Part shown: piece by piece, positions 27,169-36,552 of the stretch
Layout: each line of letters begins with the position of its first letter
Numbering within the stretch: the first letter of the stretch is position 1
Origin: Candidatus Wolfebacteria bacterium GW2011_GWB1_47_1
GTDB taxonomy: Bacteria > Patescibacteriota > Minisyncoccia > UBA6257 > UBA9933
Assembly: GCA_001029635.1 (NCBI GenBank)
Contig: CP011209.1
Span: 80,983-144,982, forward strand
DNA: 64,000 nt
Reading direction: 5' to 3'
Translations under genes and position numbers: made by a program
The notes under the pieces: model-generated
What the model saw: only the letters and a program-made list of their open reading frames with translations
What the model was told of the DNA's origin: nothing
Databases searched by the model: none

Positions 27169-27195
27169 CATAAGTTATCAGTCACTAGTCGCTGG

Positions 27196-28227
27196 TTATT
27201 TCGCCCGATACGCAGCCCCCGGACCGGTAGATCCGATACGATCAATGGATCCGTTATCCACAAGCTTTTGCAGATAGAAACGAATGGTTCGCTCGCTGAT
27301 CTCGGGGAAGTTTGCAGTCAGCTCTTTAGTGGTGGTCTGTCCAAGATCCTTCACCTTTTGCAGGATAACATTCTGCCATGAGCCAGTTGTGGCGACTTGC
27401 GCTTGCCTGGTCGGGGTAATGACCGGAGCAGTAGTCGCGACTGGTCGGGACTGCGCCGGGACTGCCGGACTCTGCGCGATGAACTCAGACTGCCGAGCTG
27501 ATTGAGTAGGCTGAACAACCTCCTGTACTGCCGATTGCATGAATTGATTCAAAGGATTGGCATTTGCCGATATTGCCGAATTTGATCCTCCATCCGCCGT
27601 GATGCTTGGGCGAGTAGCTACGGAAAGCAATTGTTCAATACTGCCGAATTGGCTTGCCTTGTCCTGAGTTTGCCGAATGGCTGAATTATCAACGCCCTGT
27701 TTCTGAACGCTCTGAATTCCAGATTCCGCCGGAACAGCAAGAGAGGCGCTTAGGATAGTCGAGGCAATACTTGCCGAATTGGCATTCGGCAATCCGTTGT
27801 CGGTTGTGAGTTGTAGGTTATTTGTATATGCCGAATTGGTAAACATACTATCCAGCGATACAGAAATGTTCTTCTTGTCTCGACGCTCGGAAATCTCGAA
27901 TCGAATGGCCTTCGACAAATTATCAAGTTCTCGGTACAGGACACTCGCATTCACGGATGCGATCTGCCCAACGGACTCTGCCAAACGAATCAAAGAAGTT
28001 AGCTTCTCGATACGGGGAGATTCGTTTTCCGCTACCTCTAATAGGGTTCCGGGGTCGACGGTGAGCTCAACAGCCGCAGCTTCAACCTCCTTGCGCAACT
28101 TGTCTTGAGTGAACAATTCAGTACATCGGAATACTGCCCACGAAAGTTCGAAGGTCTGCGTCTTAATAAACTCGTAGTTGCTGATCATGGGGGTATTGTA
28201 TACGGCAGTTCGGCAAGGTGTCAACAC
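27196..28227 (-). CDS. hypothetical DNA-binding protein: N-terminal helical domain, low-complexity Ser/Ala/Gln/Asn linker, C-terminal winged-HTH
   Basis: 343 aa; C-terminus ISERTIRFYLQKLVDNGSIDRIGSTGPGAAYRA is wHTH-like. Confidence 0.45.
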   Translation of the reverse strand: MLTPCRTAVYNTPMISNYEFIKTQTFELSWAVFRCTELFTQDKLRKEVEAAAVELTVDPGTLLEVAENESPRIEKLTSLIRLAESVGQIASVNASVLYRELDNLSKAIRFEISERRDKKNISVSLDSMFTNSAYTNNLQLTTDNGLPNANSASIASTILSASLAVPAESGIQSVQKQGVDNSAIRQTQDKASQFGSIEQLLSVATRPSITADGGSNSAISANANPLNQFMQSAVQEVVQPTQSARQSEFIAQSPAVPAQSRPVATTAPVITPTRQAQVATTGSWQNVILQKVKDLGQTTTKELTANFPEISERTIRFYLQKLVDNGSIDRIGSTGPGAAYRAK

Positions 28228-28298
28228 CTATATCTGATTCGGCATTAAAGTAATGAAAAGGCCGGCATAAGCCGGCCATAATGAGAAGGAAGTGTGCA

Positions 28299-28706
28299 TT
28301 AGACCAAAAAGCATCTATGCCGCACACGAAGAAAGGAAAGGGCCATATCGGTATCCTCCGACCAGCGCAAATCTCGCAAATACAGCTCGGGGGTTGCCCA
28401 GCACGCGATTGCCTTACGCAACGAAGGGAATGCCGCGACTAGACCAACGACGGCCATCGACCCGGCTTCGGACAGAAGGCCAAGCTTTTCGTCGCGCACG
28501 CAAATGGCGCGCAACGATACATACATATCCTTACTACACATTGGCGATGCTCCGATGTGTCGAGTAAGCACAGCCTCTCCCCTACTAAAGATGACTTTCA
28601 AAACCGAGGTTTGTGCCCCGACCTGAGTTACCAAATAATAAACTCCGTTCACGCATCCTCCTCTACAAATAGATAATAGCTGCCCGAAGGATACGGTAAA
28701 TAACAC
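28299..28706 (-). CDS. hypothetical protein (weak; may be non-coding)
   Basis: 135-aa ORF with no recognisable motifs. Confidence 0.2.
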   Translation of the reverse strand: MLFTVSFGQLLSICRGGCVNGVYYLVTQVGAQTSVLKVIFSRGEAVLTRHIGASPMCSKDMYVSLRAICVRDEKLGLLSEAGSMAVVGLVAAFPSLRKAIACWATPELYLRDLRWSEDTDMALSFLRVRHRCFLV

Positions 28707-28835
28707 ACCTGGTCAACCCAGAAAAATTCGGCAAAGCGTATCGCATTATTCGGCAATATGTGAACTTGTACTGAGTCCGCCGAAATATTGCCGAATTCGG
28801 CAAAGCGCATAAATACTAGAGTATATACATGCCGA

Positions 28836-28863
28836 ACAAAAAAAGAGCGGCCGAAGCCGCTCT
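28836..28863 (-). terminator. rho-independent terminator
   Basis: GAGCGGC-CGAA-GCCGCTC perfect stem followed by T7 on the minus strand, after the gene ending at 28879. Confidence 0.6.
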
Positions 28864-28878
28864 GTGCGTAGTACTCGA

Positions 28879-29271
28879 TCAGACCGTGAGTTCAACTACT
28901 CCGAAAGAGCACCGCTGACCAGGAGCTGTCTTAAAGAGTCCCAGAACCTCGGCGGTGAACCCAGCCCAACGGGAATCGCAGGGTCGAACATCCATGACGC
29001 CGTAACATTCCGTTGCCCTGGAGAAGGAGGTGAACGCGCCGATGAGCTTGCGTGTCACCTCTTCTGCATTTCCGTAGAACGTCATCCGGTCTGCCGAAAG
29101 GGTTACTTTACGTAACTCCTTTTCGGAGATCAGTGACGTCGCGCCGCTTCTCCCCCTGGCCATCTTCTCGCTCAGCATAAGAATGCCGTCGCGCTGGTCA
29201 ACCGAGTACAGGATCCGATGTTCCGGAGCCTCCACCGCAACTGCAACGAAATACAACTTTCTGTCTGGCAT
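28879..29271 (-). CDS. hypothetical protein (~130 aa)
   Basis: ORF track 28879..29391; internal ATG at 29271-29269 (MPDRKLYFVAV) preceded by AGGAGG. Confidence 0.45.
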   Translation of the reverse strand: MPDRKLYFVAVAVEAPEHRILYSVDQRDGILMLSEKMARGRSGATSLISEKELRKVTLSADRMTFYGNAEEVTRKLIGAFTSFSRATECYGVMDVRPCDSRWAGFTAEVLGLFKTAPGQRCSFGVVELTV

Positions 29272-29350
29272 ATGATTCCTCCTTGGAAGGTGCGGTACAT
29301 AGGTCAGATTGACCGTTGGTATACTATACTCACATATTGATAACGATGTC

Positions 29351-29377
29351 AAAAAAGACGCCTCACTAAGAGGCGCC
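29351..29377 (-). terminator. probable rho-independent terminator after MFS gene
   Basis: GGCGCCTC-TTAGT-GAGGCG(T)C hairpin followed by T6 on the minus strand. Confidence 0.5.
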
Positions 29378-29383
29378 TTTTGG

Positions 29384-30595
29384 CTAGCCATCCCCGTTCT
29401 TTAACTTAAGAAACACGGGGATTGTAATCGCAAGGGCGACACCCGAAACGATCCAAGCGGTCGAGATCGAGTAGTACTTTGCCAACCACCCGCCAACCAC
29501 CAGGCCGATAAACGCACCTGCATTGTTGACCATCGAGTCGAAGGACAAAATTGTCGCACGCTGCTTGCTCGGGATACGCTTGTTCATGTACGCCCGCTTA
29601 AGTGGAACAATCATTCCCCGACCAATCTCGTGAACAAGAAATGCGGGCAGAACAATCCACGCTCCGACCATACATGCTGCGACAAGTACGCCAGCGGTGG
29701 TAATGGCCTGAGACAAAATGAGCGCCCGCTTTTCATTCCCAACACGCTCCATGAATTTGCGAGAGAGGAAGCTGCCAAGCATGACGAATATCGATATGCC
29801 CACATACCCCCAACTAAGCCCCATAGTGTTAAAAGAAAAATCCTGCACAAGACGCAACTGCCATTGCATATTCAATGGCTGCACGCACATCGTAATGAGG
29901 GATCCGAAGATAACCACATAGAGTACCGATTTGCGCCTAACCCCATAGCGAATACTTTCGACAATGACCGTTCGAATCACAGAGAGGCTAAACGTGAACT
30001 GTTTACGCTCAAAGTATTCCTCCCTCATGATGCAAAGCGCAACAATGCCAAGCACGAACAATCCAACGCTCGAATAGAGCCAGGGCAACGCCAAGTCGCC
30101 CTGGGCGATATACCCTCCCAGCAGGCTACCGATAATACTGCCAATGCGTACAACATACTGCTCGCGACGAAAGATGCTATGCAACTGTCCCCGCATACCA
30201 GTATGCTTTACCGAATCAACGGCCCACGCCTCGAGCGAACCCGAACAGAAGGCAGACCCTGCAGCTCCTATAAGCTCAGCAAGGACACACATCCAGAACG
30301 AATCAGCCATATAATAGATTCCCATGGCAGCAGAAAGCACGAAGCAAGCAGCGATGAACGAATTTCTTCGCCCCAAAACATCTGCATACGCTCCCGTAGG
30401 AATCTCCATGCAGAATACCCCTACCACAAAGAAACAATTGACGAGATTCATCTGCAGCAGATCGAATCCTTTTGCGATAAGGAATACGGAATAGGTAGAA
30501 AAGATAAATGAGAGTGCAGTGGTAAAACATCCCGAGAACAGGTAGTACTGCCAAACAATACTTCGCACCTTGTGCCGATCGATAGACTGCCGCAT
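29384..30595 (-). CDS. MFS (major facilitator superfamily) transporter
   Basis: ~12 TM helices; ATG at 30595-30593 (MRQSIDRH) preceded by AAGGAGGTG; ORF-track start 30739 is probably an extension. Confidence 0.7.
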   Translation of the reverse strand: MRQSIDRHKVRSIVWQYYLFSGCFTTALSFIFSTYSVFLIAKGFDLLQMNLVNCFFVVGVFCMEIPTGAYADVLGRRNSFIAACFVLSAAMGIYYMADSFWMCVLAELIGAAGSAFCSGSLEAWAVDSVKHTGMRGQLHSIFRREQYVVRIGSIIGSLLGGYIAQGDLALPWLYSSVGLFVLGIVALCIMREEYFERKQFTFSLSVIRTVIVESIRYGVRRKSVLYVVIFGSLITMCVQPLNMQWQLRLVQDFSFNTMGLSWGYVGISIFVMLGSFLSRKFMERVGNEKRALILSQAITTAGVLVAACMVGAWIVLPAFLVHEIGRGMIVPLKRAYMNKRIPSKQRATILSFDSMVNNAGAFIGLVVGGWLAKYYSISTAWIVSGVALAITIPVFLKLKNGDG

Positions 30596-31116
30596 AACAC
30601 ACCTCCTTTGATTGGCTGCTTGCCTAGATATGCGCACAATGCGCCCTTCTACTACTGCCAACGCGTCATCACCTCCCCCGTTTGTTGTGCTTCCTATATA
30701 GTATTGTGAATGTTCTCCCCAGATGAGCACCGGATACAAAAAATCTCGGCTTTCTATCTGGCCGAGATCGTCTTATACGCACATGGTTATAGCGAAAAAG
30801 CTATAGATTGGGGTATGGAGATAGAACACTGCCTTGGCCAAACAGAAATGGGGTTTGCAAAATGAGGCCTCCCTTGGAGACGACAAATGCCTGCGAAATC
30901 GCGAAAGGATTCACTATTCCGCACATATTCTGTTGTTTGGTGGTATACCAAGACATATAAATGTTGTGTGTTATATCGCCTACTATATAGTGTAGGCTGT
31001 ACTGAATATAACGACACAAATGGTGATTTGTTTCAAGTTTCGCCCTGCGATGTATACCGCTGCTGATTTTTGACAAATGGCATAAAATCTATACAATTAT
31101 ATATACGTTTAAATAA

Positions 31117-31196
31117 GCCCGGGTGGCGGAACTGGTAGACGCACACGACTCAAAATCGTGCGAGAAATCGTGGGAGTTCGAGTCTCCCCCTGGGCA
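31117..31196 (+). tRNA. tRNA-Leu (anticodon CAA), class II with long variable arm
   Basis: GCCCGGG acceptor stem, D-loop GGAACTGGTAGA, anticodon loop CT-CAA-AA, long variable arm, T-arm GGGAGTTCGAGTCTCCC, discriminator A; no encoded CCA. Confidence 0.8.
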
Positions 31197-31226
31197 CATA
31201 TATAAAAATACCCTTGCGGGTATTTT

Positions 31227-31688
31227 TTATTCAAACCTTACTTTCACCTTCTTCATCTTTTGCTTATTCACCTTAGGCAAGGTGATGCGCAAGACGCCGT
31301 TTTTAAATGTGGCAGTCGAATGATCCGGGTTGATCTCCTGCGGAAGGATGATCGAACGGGAAAACTTACCCCAATAGCACTCCTGATACAGATAGTCGTT
31401 ATCTTCAACCTTTTCACGCTGTTCGCGCTTACCCCGAATGGCGACGGATTCCGGTGATATTTCCAGATCCAGGTCATCAATGCCTACGCCCGCGACAGGT
31501 GCTTCAATAATGATGTCATTCCCCGCCTGATACACATCAATGGCGAGCTGCCCCTCCCCTTCCTCAAAATCATCAGATTCGTCATCGTCCGATTCTATTT
31601 CATCAACTTTGGCCAATTTCGGTTCAAATTCTTCCTGCTCGGTTGCACCCGCGAGCTTCTCGAAGAATTTCTTGGTGTCATTGTTCAT
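31227..31688 (-). CDS. Hsp20 / alpha-crystallin-family small heat-shock protein
   Basis: 153 aa; ...ATFKNGVLRITLPKV C-terminal alpha-crystallin signature. Confidence 0.8.
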   Translation of the reverse strand: MNNDTKKFFEKLAGATEQEEFEPKLAKVDEIESDDDESDDFEEGEGQLAIDVYQAGNDIIIEAPVAGVGIDDLDLEISPESVAIRGKREQREKVEDNDYLYQECYWGKFSRSIILPQEINPDHSTATFKNGVLRITLPKVNKQKMKKVKVRFE

Positions 31689-31728
31689 AGTGTAATGGTA
31701 TCATTTTTCGCAAAACCTGTCCAAATGA

Positions 31729-32436
31729 TCAGAGACTTGTAGACTGCTTAAGCTTTTCAAAATCATAAAACACAAAGAATGCCGCCAAGATTAATGCACC
31801 GATGGAATATAGCAGTCCGCCTTCAAATACGACAATGTAATAATTGAAGATCGTATGCAGCAGGGTCGCCATAATAAGTCCCCAGATCAAATAGATAAAG
31901 GTATGTTTTTTGATGATCCCGCGAGCCCAATAATACCCCATCACAGAAGAGCTCAATGCGTGAAGCAATGTAGCTCCCAAAAATCTAAACATCAGTGATC
32001 CAATAGTAATCGCGGCAAATCCGTTTTCGAAGGCAACTGCGATGTTTTCCACGGCAGCAAGTCCCATGGCAGCCGCCATCATATAGATCATTGCGTCGAC
32101 AGGCTCATCAAAATACTTGCTATGCCGAATGACCGCATATGCGGCAAGGAATTTAATCAACTCCTCGATCGCGGCAAATGCCGTAGCATAGCGCAACGAG
32201 TCTTGGAAGATGCCGAAGGTAATGAGGTAACTACTAGTCCATACCTGGGCAAAATACGCCCCCAAGGCAGCAAGCGCGCCGACCACAAAGACGGAAAAGA
32301 TCATCTTACGGGGCTCGGGGTGGAGGTCTTCCTGTAAAAAGAAACTGAGCCAGATGAAACTCGGAAGGAGCCCAAGAATAAGAACGAGAAAATTCATGTA
32401 TCCAGTATAGCAAAAATGCCGCACAAAGCGCGACAT
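31729..32436 (-). CDS. PrsW-family intramembrane metalloprotease-like membrane protein
   Basis: Multi-TM; conserved-looking acidic/His motifs AAIEELIKFLA, AAVENIAVAFENG, TLLHAL. Confidence 0.5.
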   Translation of the reverse strand: MSRFVRHFCYTGYMNFLVLILGLLPSFIWLSFFLQEDLHPEPRKMIFSVFVVGALAALGAYFAQVWTSSYLITFGIFQDSLRYATAFAAIEELIKFLAAYAVIRHSKYFDEPVDAMIYMMAAAMGLAAVENIAVAFENGFAAITIGSLMFRFLGATLLHALSSSVMGYYWARGIIKKHTFIYLIWGLIMATLLHTIFNYYIVVFEGGLLYSIGALILAAFFVFYDFEKLKQSTSL

Positions 32437-32450
32437 TATTGCTGATCAGC

Positions 32451-33728
32451 TTAGAGCTCCATATAGCCCTTGATGATATATTCCTTCATCATAGCTTCCA
32501 TTTCCTCTTGTCCAAAATATTCAAGGAATATCTTATTCCACATTGACTCCTGGTGATGGTAGAGATATTTGACCATCTCCTTCTGCTGTACCAGTGCCAT
32601 GGCTGTGTCAACAAGGTTGAAGCTTACCAACACGTCGATCCCGGCATCACTCTTAAAGTAATCACCAACCCAGTTTAAGTTCTTCCAGAACGCAAGATCG
32701 GTAGAAAATCCATCAATCTGGCGGGCAACAACCATAAGGAGATGTTCTGCCTTTTCCCAGTGCAATGCCTCAGGGTTAATATGCGGAGCAAACAAGCGCC
32801 AGTCAAATTCATCATCCTTTGCGAGATAGCGTTGCACAACCATCCATGGCATCTTGCCTCCGTCGGCAGTAATTTGAGTATCAAGCACATCACCGCGGAG
32901 CAATGACTGCAGATTTCCCACGAATGTTTCCGGCTGGTTTGCAAACTTACGGATGATGTCCGAATAAAACGGAATTTCATTGAAGTAGTGGAGAAGCAAT
33001 GCGAGATTACGCAACGTTTCACCGGAGATCTCGAGCGGTAACGGGATCACGTAAATGATACCCATTTCCTTCAAATGACTGATGTTATGGTACTTCTTCT
33101 TCATGAAGCCCTCGGCAAGCGTTCCCCACTTCTTTGGCAACGCGATCGGAGTGATGGGGCGCTCTTCAAAATCATCCGGAGTAACCTTCTCGTATTGCTT
33201 AAAGAATACGGTATTGAGCCATTCGCCACCCTGGAGGAAGCGCAACGCACAGTAGATTTCCATCAGGTCTTCATTTTCGAGTAACTGGTCGATATTGTCA
33301 TACCCTAATGCTTCGATGACTTTCGTTGGCGGCTCAGCCTTCAAAAACTCGATTGCCTTTTCCTTCTTAAGGAAGAAGCCTGGCTTTGGATTAATAGAGG
33401 TTACGATTGTATCAAGTACACGCTGCCAATCGGCAGGTTCGGTGACCTGCGGACGACCAAACGCTTCATAGAACGATGCGTCATCTGCCTCGATCTTACT
33501 GATCAATGCATCATAAATCTCCTTAGCGGATGACTCGCGCGTCAACCCAAGAATATTGAGCCGCCCGTCGATAGAGGTCCAATTTTCCTCCATGATCTTA
33601 TCCAGCACGCCGACCTTCCCCGTCAAAGCGGAGAGTCGTTCTTCTGCAACGCGGATCGTATCTTGGTCCGTGCGCAGTATCTTTGCGATCTTTTCATATG
33701 ATTTCATAATGGTCTCATTATACAGCAC
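32451..33728 (-). CDS. hypothetical cytoplasmic protein (425 aa)
   Basis: Long ORF with coherent composition; no recognised motifs. Confidence 0.4.
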   Translation of the reverse strand: MLYNETIMKSYEKIAKILRTDQDTIRVAEERLSALTGKVGVLDKIMEENWTSIDGRLNILGLTRESSAKEIYDALISKIEADDASFYEAFGRPQVTEPADWQRVLDTIVTSINPKPGFFLKKEKAIEFLKAEPPTKVIEALGYDNIDQLLENEDLMEIYCALRFLQGGEWLNTVFFKQYEKVTPDDFEERPITPIALPKKWGTLAEGFMKKKYHNISHLKEMGIIYVIPLPLEISGETLRNLALLLHYFNEIPFYSDIIRKFANQPETFVGNLQSLLRGDVLDTQITADGGKMPWMVVQRYLAKDDEFDWRLFAPHINPEALHWEKAEHLLMVVARQIDGFSTDLAFWKNLNWVGDYFKSDAGIDVLVSFNLVDTAMALVQQKEMVKYLYHHQESMWNKIFLEYFGQEEMEAMMKEYIIKGYMEL

Positions 33729-33804
33729 CAGAGCCGGGATAACAAAATGGCGCCCGAGGGCGCCATTTTTATCTCATATCGCTTACTTCAAAATCTCTAT
33801 TCTC

Positions 33805-35025
33805 TTATTGCGCCTCCGTGTGATCCCCGCAATGCGGGCAAAACGGTAACCCGACAAATCGATCCTTGCCACAGTGCGCACATACTGCACGCGTATGCGC
33901 ACCGCAATTCGGGCAATACATCGCAGCGAGATCGAGATTCGTCTGACACTGCGGGCATTCCTTCGCGCGGAATCGCCTAATAATCACACGTCGCGGATCA
34001 AAGATCTTCTTTTGCAGGAAGTAGACCGCGCCTCCGAAGATGGCAAACGAAAGGAACATGCCGAAGTAGAAGAGTAATGATCGAAGAATATTATACTTCC
34101 CAAACCACTCAATCAGTACACGCAAGATCTCCGCAAGGAACAATCCCCAGAACCAGAAGAGGACCGTCTTAAGTAGTAATAATCCAAGAACCGCAACGAT
34201 GGTCGTTATGATGACCGTATACGGACTGTTCTTGCGATGCAATTCGAGGTACTTGCGCAACGCAAGGAAGAAGAACGGGATAATCAAAAGAAATTGCAAC
34301 AGGAACACTTTGAACTCATACCATCGCATCGCACGCTCATGCGCCTTGAATACTGGTTTGTATGCAGTAGTAAGATCCTTGTCGATCGCATCAAACGCAG
34401 GGCGAAATGCGTCAACCTGCATCCGAAGCTGGTTCAACCGTGAGACCAATGGCGCTTCTCGCTGACGCAACTGTACAATGGATTGCTGTGATGGGGTTGT
34501 GGGAAATATCGGCTTATCGATTTCTGCCTGTTTTTCCTGCAATCCAACACCATACTCGCCCGTCGCCCGCTCAATCTGTGAGCGGATTGATTGTAAATTG
34601 TTATCAAGCTGTATATATTCGGTCACAACCGGGTCGATCTGTTGCTCGATGGTGATACGTCGCTGATACAGGGCGGCAACGCCTCCAGCCTCCTCCAACG
34701 GGCTGAGCCGGATGGCGCAGTTATTCGAATCTTCATAGGCTAATGAACGAACCAAATCTTCCTCGTAATAAGTCGGTAGCTTATTTTCATACGGTCGCTC
34801 TCCCGCTGTATTAGTCTGATATCGATACGAACAACTTGAAAGTGCCTTTGGCCGATCAGGGATATTTGAGAGGTCGTCCATTGCATAGAGCCCAAAGTAG
34901 ATGCCCGCAATAAACATCAAGATAAGCAATATAATACCGGTCTTCGGCGTTCGCCGCTCGGTTTCCTCATATCCCGGCGTTGTGCGGGATATCTCTTCTT
35001 GGTTTTTTTTAAATAGATTGAACAT
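33805..35025 (-). CDS. membrane protein with coiled-coil segment and C-terminal double zinc-ribbon
   Basis: 406 aa; TM helices; C-terminus CPQCQTNL...CPNCGAHTRAVCAHCG...CPHCG. Confidence 0.5.
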   Translation of the reverse strand: MFNLFKKNQEEISRTTPGYEETERRTPKTGIILLILMFIAGIYFGLYAMDDLSNIPDRPKALSSCSYRYQTNTAGERPYENKLPTYYEEDLVRSLAYEDSNNCAIRLSPLEEAGGVAALYQRRITIEQQIDPVVTEYIQLDNNLQSIRSQIERATGEYGVGLQEKQAEIDKPIFPTTPSQQSIVQLRQREAPLVSRLNQLRMQVDAFRPAFDAIDKDLTTAYKPVFKAHERAMRWYEFKVFLLQFLLIIPFFFLALRKYLELHRKNSPYTVIITTIVAVLGLLLLKTVLFWFWGLFLAEILRVLIEWFGKYNILRSLLFYFGMFLSFAIFGGAVYFLQKKIFDPRRVIIRRFRAKECPQCQTNLDLAAMYCPNCGAHTRAVCAHCGKDRFVGLPFCPHCGDHTEAQ

Positions 35026-35052
35026 AGTTGTTTATCTGAAACTATTAGTTTA

Positions 35053-35087
35053 GGGTGTCATTCCCATAGAGGCGAGAATGGCACCCT
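35053..35087. repeat. hairpin of GTCATTCC family (GGGTGTCATTC-loop-GAATGGCACCC)
   Basis: 11-bp stem with 1 mismatch; shares the GTCATTC/GAATG core. Confidence 0.4.
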
Positions 35088-35120
35088 CCCTTTCCGTATT
35101 TCGTATTTCTTTTTTCGCAC

Positions 35121-35993
35121 TTAGTTATGTTCCGCTTCAATCTTCCCCCACAACGTGCGCAGCTCACGGATGGCATCCTTTGCCTGTTCCTTGTTGGGCG
35201 GCATGCCGTGCCAGGCATAATTGTTTTCCATGAAGCTAACTCCTTTGCCGGGGATTGTGTGGACGATAATAGCAGTCGGACGCTCGTAGATCGCCTGGGC
35301 TTCGACGACAGCCCCGGCGATGGCACGGAAGTTGTGCCCACCCACATCGATTACGTGCCAATTAAATGCTTCGTATTTATCGCGCAATGGCTCAAGCGGC
35401 ATCACATCCTCCGTAAACCCACTGATCTGGATATTGTTTCGATCAATGATCGCAGTAATATTATTCATGCGATTCTTCCCCGCGTAGAGGATGGCCTCCC
35501 AAGTATTGCCCTCGTTATGCTCACCATCGGACATCAAGCAGTAAATACGATGTTTCTTATTGTCGAGCTTCGCCGCATGCGCCATGCCAATTGCTTGTGA
35601 CAATCCCGATCCGAGCGGCCCCGATGTCGTCTCAATACCCGGCAATGCCGTGCGATGCGGGTGTCCCTGTAGTCGGGATCCGAGCTTACGTAGCGTCTTA
35701 AGCTCCTCGACCGGGAAGTATCCGGCATGAGCAAGTGTCGCGTAGAGCACGGGACAAATATGTCCGTTCGATAATACGACGCGATCCCGATCGGCCCAAT
35801 GAGGGTTCTTCGGATCGTGGTTAAGCAAATGAAAATACAGCGTAGTAAACACATCAGCCATACCAAGCGGCCCGGCGCTATGCCCGGAGCCGGCCTCTTC
35901 GAGCATCGCAATAACGTCCTGCCGGATCACATTTGCCTTTTCTTCTAATAATTTCAACTTCCGTTCATGCAATTGGTCCATATAAATAAGCAT
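35121..35993 (-). CDS. transketolase, N-terminal (TPP-binding) subunit of a split transketolase
   Basis: 290 aa; SGHSAGPLGMADV...GHPHR...GPLGSGLSQAIGMA...CLMSDGEHNEG matches the transketolase N-terminal section. Confidence 0.8.
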   Translation of the reverse strand: MLIYMDQLHERKLKLLEEKANVIRQDVIAMLEEAGSGHSAGPLGMADVFTTLYFHLLNHDPKNPHWADRDRVVLSNGHICPVLYATLAHAGYFPVEELKTLRKLGSRLQGHPHRTALPGIETTSGPLGSGLSQAIGMAHAAKLDNKKHRIYCLMSDGEHNEGNTWEAILYAGKNRMNNITAIIDRNNIQISGFTEDVMPLEPLRDKYEAFNWHVIDVGGHNFRAIAGAVVEAQAIYERPTAIIVHTIPGKGVSFMENNYAWHGMPPNKEQAKDAIRELRTLWGKIEAEHN

Positions 35994-36160
35994 ACCATAT
36001 TACACAATACTTCTGCACGCATAATTCAAAGCACAAATTACCTACTTCTAATACGGCGGGATGATGTAATATGTATAATTATACCATCATCGCAAAGCAC
36101 ACTATATTATTTAATCCGCCAATTGAGTATACTATATACCATAATTCACTTACTTAAAAT

Positions 36161-36481
36161 ATGGAGATAATAAATCAAATACTCGGCAGCATAAGTGTGC
36201 TCATAAGTGTCGTACTTGCCATCGTTTTAATTCGATCGAGTAAATCACTCACCGGTTCATTTTTTAAAAAATACTACCGGCTCATGACTATCGCTGCAGT
36301 TATGTTTGCCGCAGGCTTTTTAATCGAAGTCATTAGAAAACCGGCGGCATTGGATTACGAGATTATGGAATTTTTCCACCATATTTCACTCATAACCGGA
36401 GCAGTTGTTCTTGTGTATGCTTCCATCGTAATGCCAAAAGAAGCAGTAAAAATATCGGAAGTCGTTAACACGCTACAATAA
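36161..36481 (+). CDS. small hypothetical membrane protein
   Basis: 106 aa with 3 hydrophobic helices; preceded by a 170-bp AT-rich region. Confidence 0.4.
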   Translation: MEIINQILGSISVLISVVLAIVLIRSSKSLTGSFFKKYYRLMTIAAVMFAAGFLIEVIRKPAALDYEIMEFFHHISLITGAVVLVYASIVMPKEAVKISEVVNTLQ

Positions 36482-36518
36482 TAAAAGTTTCAAAATGTGG
36501 CAATCACCACACGCAATT

Positions 36519-36552
36519 TAAAGGGGCCGGTCATTTGACCAGCCCCTTTAAA
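36519..36552. terminator. bidirectional terminator hairpin between convergent genes
   Basis: AAAGGGGCCGGTCA-TT-TGACCAGCCCCTTT long imperfect palindrome. Confidence 0.5.

Noticed and set aside
31123-31323. ORF-track 'proteins' MAELVDAHDSKSCEKSWEFESPPGH (31123-31323) and MAELVDALDSGSSAGNSVEVRVLSPAH (48104-48337)
   Set aside because: They are translations of the two tRNA-Leu genes (cloverleaf and anticodon identified), not CDS.
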